From contig NIVC01000647.1 in assembly GCA_002269645.1 (NCBI GenBank), positions 310,001 to 374,000 of the forward strand: DNA of 64,000 nt. Reading direction: 5' to 3'. Under the pieces are notes generated by a model. It did not search any database. It was given only the letters and a program-made list of their open reading frames with translations, and had not been told where the DNA came from. Positions 1-12,100 of this stretch are shown here, piece after piece. The DNA is from Macrostomum lignano. Lineage: Eukaryota. The stretch's first letter is position 1, and every line of letters begins with the position of its first letter. Position numbers and translations under genes: made by a program.

Positions 1-1
1 C

Positions 2-469
2 AGCCACAGCAGCAACCTCATTAAGCACTTCAGGTTGCACTCAGGAGAAAAGCCATTTGTGTGCAAGGTGTGCGGCAAAAAATTTAATCAAAGCAGTAGC
101 CTCAGTAGGCACTCAAGGCTTCACACCGGAGAAAAGCCATTTGAATGCAAGGTGTGCGGAAAAAGATTCGTTGTTAACAACAGCCTCACTAAACACTCAA
201 GGCTTCACACGGGAGAAAAGCCATATGAGTGCAAAGTGTGTGGCAGGAGATTCAGTGTCAGTTGCAGCCTCATTGCACACTCAAGGGTGCACACCGGAGA
301 AAAGCCATTTAAGTGCAAAGTGTGCGGCAAAAGATTCAGTGTCAACGGCAACCTCATTGCACACTCAGGGGTGCACACCGGAGAAAAACCATTTCAGCGC
401 AAAGTTTGCGACAAGAAATTCAGTCAAGTCAACAATCTTAAAAGGCACTACCAGCAGCACATGGTGTAG
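2..469 (+). CDS. C2H2 zinc-finger protein ZF1, 5'-partial (runs off the window)
   Basis: Frame is open from base 2 (SHSSNLIKHFRLH). It has four intact CKVC...H-x3-H fingers with TGEKP linkers and a terminal finger lacking the first Cys, ending HYQQHMV*. Confidence 0.9.
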   Translation, partial: SHSSNLIKHFRLHSGEKPFVCKVCGKKFNQSSSLSRHSRLHTGEKPFECKVCGKRFVVNNSLTKHSRLHTGEKPYECKVCGRRFSVSCSLIAHSRVHTGEKPFKCKVCGKRFSVNGNLIAHSGVHTGEKPFQRKVCDKKFSQVNNLKRHYQQHMV

Positions 470-1049
470 CGAATATTCAACTTTGCCGCGCTCCGTCATT
501 GCTCATGTGAACAGTCACTCTGTTCTTACTGTGTCGCTGTTTTTCTTTTTAAATAATTATCTTCGTTAAATTCTCCTTGAGTAATGCATTTGGAAGCTAA
601 TCCAACGGCCAGTTAGTGACAGGACTCAATAACCAGTTAGTCACGGCATATACTATACTGCACTGTACTTTTATTGTTGTTTCCTAGCCATCTCATTACC
701 CCTGTAGAAGTACTCAGCCCTCTCTTCCTACTTGTTATTCGATGTCTTTTAACTTCTGTTTAACTTTCGTGTAAATGAAGCGTTTTTTATGCACGATGAA
801 ATTTGGTCGTTTCACAGTTCGCAGTTCACAGTCTGAAGTGCAGCTGCAAGCAGGTAACTGCATGGCTTACATTTTATCCCAAAACTTGTTTTTCCCCTGC
901 AATTTTTCCGGTTTTTCCGGTTTTTCCAGTTTTTCCGATGGCGTTGTCAACTTTACTTGTTTTTGTTTTTTTAGTTTGTCTAAGTATTTGTCTGATGTTT
1001 TGTTTTTTGCTTTCATATTGACTTTAATCGGCCACGTAAACTGTTGAAC

Positions 1050-2720
1050 GTAGCAGTTGTCACAACAGGCATTTGCTCAGCTTATAGGGCCTCTGTCAGC
1101 GAATATGCAGTCAGTTGAGCAAGTTGGTTGAATGTTTCAGCTGCAGCAGTTTTTTAGGGAGTTCATCTTCAAGTGTCCATACCGCACTCCTACTGTCTGC
1201 AGGGTAGCTTCCTACCCTTGGATGTATTCAAAACCGGCACAAAGCAATCAATACCAGTCCTATTGTCCGCACTGGATATCTGCGCTCAGTGCTGTCGCTC
1301 TTAAGCGTTTGGTTTGCTGATCGTTGTCTTCGAGATGATTGTCCGTCGCTCCGTCGCTGTGCTCTGTCTGATATGGTCACGAAGCATCATCAGACACACG
1401 AATATTCTCCGGTCTGTGACCAGTTCTTGCAGCTTAGCAGGAAAGACTATCCGGTGATCCAGTAGCAGGAGATTCTCAGTGTAGCTCAGTCTACTCTGAA
1501 GTTGTCGATACGACTCTGGCATATCTTTGCATGATCACAATCTACTGAAACTATCTTCGATCTGCTTCTCTCCGAGTGGCACTTTTGTTTCAACTCTCCT
1601 CCAATGCCGTTAGGACGACTCATCAGTGGTCAGGAACAGCTCTTCAGTTGGATCATACGGAGTCAGCAAGTGTCTCGATATGATGTCCTGCTTCAGTTTC
1701 TTCACTGCACTCTGGTGTTCTGGCGTCCTAGTCCAGACAACGTCCTTCGTCAAATCATAAAGGATAGCGCAGTCTTATGGCCACTTGAGGGATGAACACC
1801 ACTCCGAGAACAGCCGGAGCATGATCTAAGAACTCTCGAACTTTTCAGAACTAGCACAATAGTGTTAGCAAACACAGGTCGTTGCATTGTACTTTTTCAA
1901 TAATTTGTCACCTTTCCAAATCCTTTAACCTTTCCTTAACGGCTGGTAAAAGCGAAAACGGGAATGGTCGGACTCTCGACACTGCTGGTCTCTCCAATTG
2001 GATTCGCTTAAAGACCACTGAAGCTTGACAACAGCGTTTGCTAACTTCGACTTCTTAACCTTGAACTATTTCGATCGGACTGGCTTTGCTTTTAAGTCCA
2101 TGAGTAACACAGGTAGTTAGCAATCACTTTCACCCAATCGAACATTATGCAATCTAACATTCGCAGATATTGTCCCCCATAAAAATTAATTGACAATTTT
2201 TATCTCCAGAGTAAGTCCCAGCTGTTGTGCCAGGCTCTTAGGAATGCAAGTCACGGATGTTCCAGAATCCCCCATCTTTGCAACGTCTTTACCGTTCAGT
2301 TTAAGGTCACGAATGTTTAACGAGACGAATGGTCTTTAAAGCCTGCAGGCGGCTTCAAAATAGCTCATTCTCCCACAGTTCGACACTTGGTTACGTCTGC
2401 CGAGGATGTTTTTCGAATGCTTCATCCTACAGAAACTGTAGCCTTTCCCGAAATGCGTCCATGGCCTTGAGCACTGCTTTGATGTCGCAGTCTGCATATC
2501 ATTAATTTACTACTTCCACCTGTCTATTTGAAGTCAAGGCACACGTACTGAGTTGCTCTTGCGCCGTAGCAGTCTCCAACTCCAGCTTAAATGTCAATGA
2601 GTCTTTAGTAGTCAATAATCAATTCTTGCTCAGCTACGAACCGATCTCTCAGAGCTTCCTTCAGAATGACTCCAAATTAAAAAAATGTCGGCTTGAGCTC
2701 GCAGTTGGCTTTCAAAATCC
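1050..2720 (-). mobile_element. Degenerate Ty3/Gypsy LTR-retrotransposon internal remnant (gag, protease, RT-connection/RNase H, integrase pieces), antisense to ZF1/ZF2
   Basis: Minus-strand translations: protease DLKLNGKDVAKMGDSGTSVTCI (~2190-2310); RNase H entry YDLTKDVVWTRTPEHQSAVKKLKQDIISRHLLTPYDPTEELFLTTD (~1590-1770); RH-INT linker YRQLQSRLSYTENLLLLDHRIVFPAKLQ (~1430-1520); gag-like segment ~2600-2720 homologous to ~63470-63560. Many stops and deletions; no LTR recognised. Confidence 0.85.
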
Positions 2721-3286
2721 GACTCCGAGACGGCAGTTCTGCAGTGACGAAGCGTCACGAGTGCGGGTCAGTCGGGAAGACCCGAGCTACAAAGAGTGCT
2801 GCAACACGGCACCGTCGAGCTGAGGGTGTCCAGAGGCCGATCCAGTGCGACACTTGCCAAAAGAAGTTCTCGAGAAAAAAGCACCTCAAAGCTCACAGTA
2901 GTGCAGTGCACGAGAAGGCGAAGCCGCACGAGTGCAAGCGGTGTGGGAAGTCCTTCTCAGGTGCAACTCATTTTCACGGGCACATCCGGTCTCACACTGG
3001 TGAGAGGCCGTTTCAGTGCAAGGTGTGCAACAGGATATTCAGTGTCAGCTGCAACCTCACTACGTACTTAAGGCTGCACACAGTAGAAAAGCCGTTTGAG
3101 TGCATGTCGGGCGGCAAGAGACTCAATCAAGGCAGCAGTCTGAAAGAGCACTCCAAGCAGCACACATTGTGTAGTGAATATTCAACTTCGCTCTCCGTGA
3201 TTGCTGAAGTGAACCATCTGTCTTGGTCCTTACTGTGCACCAAGCGTTTGCAATCATTTATCAGCTTTTTTGTCGTTGTATATTAA
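2693..3286 (+). pseudogene. ZF2, 5'-truncated C2H2 zinc-finger paralogue (probable pseudogene)
   Basis: Homology to ZF3/6/7 starts only at DGSSAVTKR (~2729), fused to antisense gag sequence. Two intact fingers, then His->Tyr (NLTTYLRLH) and CMSG-broken fingers. A 2-bp insertion (cagcacACattgtgtag) bypasses the family stop. Confidence 0.75.
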
Positions 3287-3715
3287 TAATCTTTATTAAA
3301 TTTTCCTAGAGTAATTCATCCAGCACCCAATGCACTCAGGCAGCCACTGTAGTGCACTCTGCTAAATGTTTTTCACTTCTTGTTGTTGCCAAAGGTTTCC
3401 AGTTTCTGTGTAATCAAGCGTTAGTATTGCTTTCATGATGGAATTTGGTCACAGCATGTATTTAAGTTTCCCCGTGTCTGGAGGTAAATGCGTAGCTGAA
3501 ATTTAATCTCAAAACTTATTTTTTTCTGTATTTATAAATTAAACCGGTGTTACTGCAAACTTTATTTGTGGTTTGTTTTACTAACTGGTTTGTTTGAATA
3601 TTTGTCTTGATATGTTAGTTATTTCTCTATTGACTATAATGGGGCACGTAAACTGTTGAAATGCAGCTGCTGTCACTGGCAGTTGCTCAGCTCTCAGGGC
3701 CTCAGCCAGCGGATA

Positions 3716-3765
3716 TTCAGTCTGGCAGCAGTCTGAAACGGCACTTTGAGCAGCACATTGTGTAG
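3716..3765 (+). pseudogene. Relic of a third left-cluster ZF gene: last half-finger and stop only
   Basis: SLKRHFEQHIV* (3730-3765) followed by the conserved ZF 3' flank. It is joined directly to the shared Gypsy-distal segment at ~3640-3720. Confidence 0.7.
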
Positions 3766-3957
3766 CGAATATTCAACTTGGCGCTCCGTGATTTGCAGAA
3801 GTGGATTACGGTCTTGGTCCTTCCTGTGTGCCAAGCGTTTTTAAGTTGCTCGCAGTTGTTCAACAGTTGTTGTCGTTTCGTATTAATGATCTTTGTTGAA
3901 TTTTCTTAAAGTAATTCACACAGAAGCTAATCGAATTACCACTCAGACCACTCAGTC

Positions 3958-4505
3958 AGTCACTTCATCCAATGACCAGTCAGTCACAGCATCCAATGAC
4001 CAGTCAGTCACAGCATCCAATGACCAGTCAGTCACAGCACCCAATGACCAGTCAGTCACAGTATCCAATGACCAGTCAGTCACAGCATCCAATGACCAGT
4101 CAGTCACAGCACCCAATGACCAGTCAGTCACAGCATCCAATGACCAGTCAGTCACAGCATCCAATGACCAGTCAGTCACAGCATCCAATGACCAGTCAGT
4201 CACAGCACCCAATGACCAGTCAGTCACAGTATCCAATGACCAGTCAGTCACAGCATCCAATGACCAGTCAGTCACAGCACCCAATGACCAGTCAGTCACA
4301 GCATCCAATGACCAGTCAGTCGCTGCATCCAATGACCAGTCAGTCGCTGCATCCAATGACCAGTCAGTCGCTGCATCCAATGACCAGTCAGTCACAGTAT
4401 CCAATGACCAGTCAGTCGCTGCATCCAATGACCAGTCAGTCACAGTATCCAATGACCAGTCAGTCCCAGCATCCAATGACCAGTCAGTCGCTGCATCCAA
4501 TGACA
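3958..4505. repeat. 24-bp minisatellite (TCCAATGACCAGTCAGTCACAGCA), ~22-23 copies
   Basis: Direct reading; all frames translate as 8-aa repeats. Confidence 0.95.
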
Positions 4506-4669
4506 AATCATGCATGTCCGTTAGTGTATTTAATATAGCTGAACTCGCAGGATCAACTTTTGGAGCAACCTCTACAAGACACATACTTGCTTTATTTTCA
4601 AATTCAAGAGTTCTTATGGGGAATCCGAGTTATAGGTTGGTGTGCGTAGTGACGTGGAAGTGCGGAATG

Positions 4670-4709
<40 letters not shown>

Positions 4710-4925
4710 AGTGAGGTGTGTGTGTGTGCGGAGTGAGTTGTGTATGTGTGGAGTGAGGTGTGTGTGTGTGTGCGGTGTGAGGTGTGCATGTGTGGAGTAA
4801 GGTGTGTGTGTGTGGAGTGAGGTGTGTGTGTGCGGAGTGGTGTGGAGTGAGGTGTGCATGCGGAGTGAGGTGGGTGTGCGGAGTGAGGTGGTTGTGCGGA
4901 GTAAGGTGGGTGTGCAGAGGGAGGT
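4670..4925. repeat. (GT)n microsatellite grading into a GTGTGGAGTGAG-type repeat
   Basis: Direct reading. Confidence 0.9.
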
Positions 4926-5654
4926 GATTGTATGAGGATTGGTACATATTGGATGGAAATGTTACCTCTGTGTCTGGTAGAAAAAATTAAAACAGTGGAT
5001 TTATACGTTTAGCTAAAAAACCAGGGGTTTATTCATGATTTAATAAAATGGTTTTGAGTCGCATATATTTTAATTATCAATAGCACAAGCTAATTGTCCT
5101 CACTAGCAGATACGTGAGGCTTCAAACTGGGAAGAGAGCTATATATGCATTATACTAATTAATCACTTCCCTTTGAAGGTGCTCGAAAGTTAATGAAAGA
5201 AGGTATTTTGCTTTCAAAAAACACTTTTTGATTATTAGGCCAAAATTTCACGGCAAAACAGTTTAGTGAAGGTTGCTAAATATCGTTTGAAAAAATTGTT
5301 AATAGCAGTTAAATGTGGCCGAGAATTATCGTTAACTTTTTCAACTCGTTAAAAATAATTATCTTTGAAATGTACATTAAATGGGTTTGCTGTGCGACCT
5401 TACAGATACAAAAATTTGCGGGAACATAGAGAAAACCCCGCTATGAGTAAATACTATAATAATATTTTTCATTCGTGTTTTACTTTACTTGTTAGTAGAA
5501 ATTAAAAAAGTTCTTGTGGCTGATGAAAATAGCTAAACGAGTCAACGATTTACTGTAGGATGCTGGAATGACAATACGAGTTGACCGTGGTAGCCGGCAT
5601 ACAAACTTCACAGTCTATACGTTATAAATATTACTTGTGAATTCGGCATCTAGA

Positions 5655-6058
5655 TGTTTGGACTCGGGATCTATATATTGGTACTCGCGAATCTAGATGT
5701 TGGGACTCGGGATCTAGATGTTGGGACTCGGGATCTAGATATTGGGACTCTGGATCTAGATATTGGGACTCGGGATCTAGATGTTTGGGACTCGGGATCT
5801 AGATGTTGGTACTCGCGAATCTAGATGTTTGGGACTCTGGAATCTAGATGTTGGGACTCGGGATCTAGATGTTGGTACTCGGGATCTAGATATTGGGACT
5901 CAGGATCTAGATATTGGGACTCGGGATCTAGATGTTGGGACTCGGGATCTAGATGTTGGTACTCGGGATCTAGATATTGGGACTCAGGATCTAGATGTTT
6001 GGGACTCCGGATTTAGATATTGGGACTCCGGATTTAGATATTGGGACTCGGGTCTAGA
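5655..6058. repeat. 21-bp minisatellite (GGGACTCGGGATCTAGATGTT) just downstream of the filamin stop codon
   Basis: Direct reading, ~19 copies. Confidence 0.95.
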
Positions 6059-6115
6059 TTTCCCGACTCGGACACCTGTACTGTTTGAATTCGAGCTCGT
6101 TCACCTGCCAATAAG

Positions 6116-9100
6116 TTAAAAGTCGAATATCGCCCCGTTGCTGTGCCCGCCGCCGCCGGCCCCCTGAGGGTGCCTCTCCAGATAGGCGGCCAGCTCCGCT
6201 GCCGTCTTGAAGATGTTCACGACGAATGGTGACCCGGGAACGTGGCTGCCAGACCACTTGATGTGCAGCTGGTACTCGCCAGGCTCGGAGGGGTCGTAGC
6301 GACAGATGATTGTGCGGTCCTTCTGGTACTCGCGCTCCATCTCCACGCGGAAGGCACCTGGGGTGTCGATGTAGGAGGCTTGCGGGATTGCTATGATCGG
6401 CTCTTGGGTGGCGCCACCCTCCGATACCCCAATGGGTTTGGCGCCACCCTCCGATACCCCAATGGGTTTGGCACTACCCTCCGATACCCCAATGGGTTTG
6501 GCGCCACCCTCCGATACCCCAATGGGCTGGCGCCACCCTCCGATACCCCAATTGGGCTGGCGCCACCCTCCGATACCCCAATGGGTCGGCGCTACCCTGC
6601 GATACCCCATTGGGCTGGCGCCACCCTCCGATACCCCAATGGGTTTGGCACTACCCTCCGATACCCCAATGGGCTGGCGCCACCCTCCGATACCCCAATT
6701 GGTTTGGCGCCACCCTCCGATACCCCAATGGATTGGCGCCACCCTCCGATACCCCAATGGGTCGGCGCCACCCTCCGATACCCCAATGGGTCGGCGCCAC
6801 CCTACCGATACCCCAATGGGTTGCTCTCAACTGACTCACCCCTGGGCCCTCGGATCCGCACTGTGAGCTGTCCAGCGCCGGCTCCCTTGGTCTCGCAGAC
6901 AAATCTGCTCTGGAAGGTGTCCAGCACCCCGTGCTCAACCCCCGGGCCGTACACGTGAACCCGGCTGGCGTCGGGAGCGGCGGCCACTCGCAGGTTGAAG
7001 GGCGAGCCTGGGACCTGATCGCCGTTGTACTCAATGATGAGCTCGTGCTTGCCGGACTCCTGCGGCTTGATGCTCAGCGTGTAGGTGTTGTTCTGGTGGT
7101 CGTACAGCTCGCAGTAGGCCGGCTTGGTTGGACCAACGCAGCGGGCCGTGAGGTCGCCCGGTCCAGCCCGCCTGGTGTCGATGAGCGACTTGATCTCCTG
7201 GCCCAGCACGCCCTGGTGGAGGCCTTCGCCGCTGCAGACAATTCTGCTGGCCTCCGAGGGGCCGTGGACCGTCACGTGGAACGGGCTGCCCCGGAGTGGC
7301 CGCTCGGCCCAGCTGATGTGCAGCAGGTGCTGGCCTGGGCGCTGAGGTCTGTTGGCGAGGAAATTAGGGTGCTGCTTATAGTGGTTGCTATGCAGATTAT
7401 CGGTTGCTATGCCGATTGTTGATGGTTGCTCTGCGGATTTTATCGGTTGCTACGTTGGTTCGAATGGTTGCTATGCGGATTTTATCGGTTGCTACGTTGG
7501 TTCGAATGGTTGCTATGCGGATTTTATCGGTTGCTACGTTGGTTCGAATGGTTGCTATGCGGATTCTAATAGTATCTGCGCGGATTTTTGTTAATATGCT
7601 GTTTCTTATGTCTGCTAGCCGAGGTTTATTAGTTTCTATGCGTAAGTACTTTTAGATTCTACACTCGTAATTACGCTCGCAGATTCTAATAGTTACTATG
7701 CGAATTCTAATAGTTACTATGTTATTTCTAATAGTTGCTATGCAGAGTCTAATAGTTGCTATGCGTATTCTAATAGTTGCTATGCGTATTCTAATAGTTG
7801 CTATGCGGATTCTAATAGTTGCTATGCGGATTCTAATAGTTGCTATGCAGAGTCTAATAGTTGCTATGCATATTCTAATAGTTGCTATGCGGGTTCTAAT
7901 AGTTGCTATGCGGATTCTAATAGTTGCTATGCGGATTCTAATAGTTGCTATGCGGATTCTAATAGTTGCTATGCGGATTCTAATAGTTGCTATGCGGATT
8001 CTAATAGTTGCTATGCTGATTCTAATAGTTGCTATGCGGATTCTAATAGTTGCTATGCGGATTCTAATAATTGCTATGCGGATTCTAACGTTTCTGTACG
8101 AGTTTTTAATGTGTTATACCGCTGCACACTCACCTGTAAGTGCACTTGTACTTTTCTCCGCCAAGCCTTTGAACTTCAACGTCGGCGGCGTGCGAGTCGC
8201 CAGGCGCCGTCACGGACGCCATGGAGAGCCGCACGGCCGGCTGCCCGCGGCCAGCCTGACTCCCGTCGATGAGGAAGGCGGCCTCCTCGTTCACCCGGGC
8301 CTCCTTGAGCCCGCGGCCGCTCAAGATCACTTTCGTGTGGTCGGCGGCCGTGGCGGCGACCGCCTCCGTCTCGGCGATGCCGCGCATGGCGCCGCCTGGC
8401 AGCGGCCGGTCCCCGAATCGAACCCGGACCGCGTGCTCGCCCGGCGCCACCGGCGTGAACGCGAACGAGTCGCCACGCATCACGCAGCTCACCGACTCGC
8501 CTCGGGGACCTTCAACTTCGGCCGAGAGCCGGCCGGGCCCGGCCATGGCCGTCTCGTAGACCATCCGGTGCTGCCGGCCGACCACCAGGCCTGGAATCGC
8601 CTGCTGGCCCGGCGGCGGCCCGCCTGACACGCAGCGGACGGCGCCGAGGTCCAGCACCAGCGGGCTGAATGGGCTGCCGTGCACAGCCCTGCCGTTCCAG
8701 TGCACCTGCACGGAGTAGTGCCCGACCTCCTCCGGGGTGTAGGAGACCCGGTAGTGCCCGTTGGCCTGCGGCTCGATGTTGCAGGCGGATATCGAGGTGG
8801 GGCCTGCAGGTGGGGCAGAGGATAACCGTCAGTCCCTCATTTGCTTTATTATTAGAGGCAGGGGAGGGGGAAACCTCCGTTTCTTGGGAAATTTAAGGAG
8901 GCTGGCTTTTGTGAAAGAATACACTACGGAGACAATGCCTAAAAAACAATTAAAAATCATTGGTTTTATGAATCTATATTTTGTAATTCTTAGCTGACTG
9001 TGTAACAGTATGTGTAACAGAGATGATAAAATAGATTCATAAAACCAAAGAGTCCAGCTTTGCCATGCATTTTTATGCTTATTATTAGGTACAGGAAATG

Positions 9101-12100
9101 TACTTAGAATAAAAATTTAACATAGAATCCTAATTTTCTGAGCGAAAAGCTTTATGAATATCAATAGAGCTGTAAGAAAGTCACAACATATCAAAAGATG
9201 AACATTGGGTCTGCATGCCTCCTATCGAAAGCAGTAATAATTTTTGTGCTGAAAAAATGAAAACTTCCTATCTCCGTAGTGTGTTTTTTTCGGCGAAAAT
9301 CGGCCTCCTAAACATTTTCTAAGAAACGAGGTTTCCCGTCCTTCTAGTTGAGTCGTCCTTGAGTAATTGCTTTGTGATTTTGAAGTTTGAATTAACTTAA
9401 TAAATTTTTTGTAACAGCTTCTTTGAGATGAAAGTACATTCAGTGACCGTGTGTGCTCGGGACTTAAGTGAATTTTATTTACTAATTAATAATTTACAAC
9501 AACGCAGATCACCTGGCAGCTTCCATTTTTGTCGTTTTGGCATTTTGTGCAGCACTTGAAAAGCACAATTTTTGTGTGGTTGATTTTCTGACATCATTAT
9601 TTGAAGATTTCGACATGGTGCATTCTGCAAAGAACTGTCACTGATACACACTTAGTATTCCAGCTCAACTCCAGTAGAAGAGAGGTCACTGATACATACT
9701 ATTCCAGCTCAGCTCCAGTAGAAGAGAGGTCACTGATACATACTATTCCAGCTCAACTCCAGTAGAAGAGGTCACTGATACATACTATTCCAGCTCAGCT
9801 CCAGTAGAAGAGAGGTCACTGATACTAAGGTCAGGCACGCATTAAGAACAGCTACAAGCAGACTCACCATCCACCTGCACAAACAGGTCTCCTTTTTGGC
9901 CCTTGGGATCAACAAAGAAGTGCGTCGGTCGCTGCAGCTGCGCTGCTGTCAGACCTTCGCCGTAGGCTGTGGTCGTCTCCAGCCCTGGCTGGGACGCCTC
10001 CTGAACGTAGGGACCGCCATCGACCACCAGGCCACCCAGCTTGAGGTCTAGCTGGTACCGCCCAGCCTCCTCTGGGGTGTACTCGAACTGCCGCTCTCCA
10101 GTTGAACCTTCGGGCAGCTCGCGTACAGGCGACACCTCCCTACCCGATGGCGACGTCACTTGTAGGGCCAGCGGCGCGCTTTCGCCGGCCCCGTCCAGGT
10201 CGACTCTGACGCGAGTCGGCTTGCCAACTTCGATGCTGGCATCGTAGGCGAGCCTGACGCGGCTCGGGTCCAGGATAAGCAAGCTGAATGGGCTGCCTCT
10301 GACTTGGCGGCCAGCGTACATCAGCTCCAGGTTGTACTGGCCAGCCTCCTCGGGCAGGAAGGACACCTCCATTTCGCCGTTGTCTCGGCGGCGAAGCCGG
10401 CTGGCGACCTGCGAGCCGGACGGGCCTGCGGAGAGGTTGAGGTGTTGGAGGTTGCTGGTTTGGTGCGATGTTGGAGTGATGTTGGTTTGGTGCGATGTTG
10501 GAGGTTGCTGGTTTGGTGCGATGTTGGAGGTTGCTGGTTTGGTGCGATGTTGGATGTTGCTGGTTTGGTGTGGTGTTGGAGTGATGTTGGTTTGGTGCGA
10601 TGTTGGAGTGATGTTGGTTTGGTGCGATGTTGGAGGTTGCTGGTTTGGTGCGATGTTGGAGGTTGCTGGTTTGGTGTGGTGTTTACGGTGTGGTGTTTAT
10701 GATACCTTTTTTTGACGGGGTGTTTATAGAAGGTGTGAATCATGGAGTATGTATTCTGTTTCTATGCTTATGTTTGAGTGTTTGTATTGGTTGTTTTGTT
10801 TACTGTGCTCATGATGTGCTGCTCACCTAGGATTCGAACCTCCAGCTCTCCCGGGCCGGCATTGCTCGTGTTCACCGCGAAGGAGGCGTCACGATTGCAG
10901 CGCAGCGTCAAAGCCTTGATGGCGGCCACGTCCACCGAGGCCTCTTCCTGGTTGCGCACCTGGACGCTGAACGGCGAGCCGCGGAGTTCCTCATCTCCGT
11001 AGTTAATCTGGGTGGCGGACAAATATTCGCAGGGGGGGGGGGGTCGTAAGCACCCTGGTACAACGCCTCACAACTAGCACTGAGGCAATTTTGCCCAGGG
11101 AAAGCGCAGTCCAACATGAAAGACTGACTCACCGTGATGAGGTACAGCCCAGGTCGGTTCGGCGAGAAATGAATCTTCCTGTCCCCGTCGCTGTCCTCGA
11201 CAAAGCAGGGCACGGTCTCGCCGTCCAGGCTGACCTGGGCCGAGAGTTTGGCTCCGGCGGCGTGCCTGACCAGCACGTGCGTGTCCTGGCCCGTCACCAC
11301 GGAGTTCGGCGCCTCAACGGCGACTGAGGCGCTGTCCAACAGGACGAGGGTCACCGGCGAACTGGGCAGCTCCTCGTTGTCAATCCACACCCGGAGCTGC
11401 CATTCGCCTGGTAGAGGAGAAACAGTTTTATTAGTACACTTGTACTTTTGATAAGCGCATTTAGACTATAATAAAATTTATGCGTATCCGTATAAAGTAC
11501 ACGCGTACTTTTAGCAAAGTACATGCGTACTTTTAGCAAAGTACATGCGTACTTTTTAGCAAAGTACATGCGTACTAATCAAAGTACACGCGTACTTTTA
11601 ATGAAGTGCATGCGTACTTTTACTAAAGTGCATGCGTACTTGCTAGTATTTTGACAAATTCAATATATTAAAACAGGTGCGCGTGTACTTTTTGTTGGAC
11701 GTTTTCTTTTCCTTCTTTTCCAAGAGAGGAGCTAGAAAAAGGAGCAAAAAATTGAATTCGATTTTCGCAGAATAAATAGTTCATTGATAAGAAACTAATG
11801 ATAAAAGTGAATAACCAACCATATGCAAGTATACTAGCTAGCTAATAACTAAAGGTGTTGCACAAAAGTCAAAGAAATTCCGACATGCAAGATAAGTAAA
11901 GATGCAAATCACCTGTGTGACATTTTTATTGCAAAATAAATTTACCATGATAAGTTTCGGCGTACCTGACTTTTTACCTATAGCGAAAGCGGATGAAAAA
12001 TCAGTGACGGGGTTTTTAGATTAATTTTTTATTACATGCAATACTTCCATAATTTATTAGTGCAGCCAGCTATTCAAATAAACCAATTTATTGGTTAAAT

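Noticed and set aside
3893-4947. Long ORFs such as (SNDQSVTA)n and His/Thr-rich frames
   Set aside because: Translations of the 24-bp minisatellite and (GT)n; open in several frames, with no splice or homology support.
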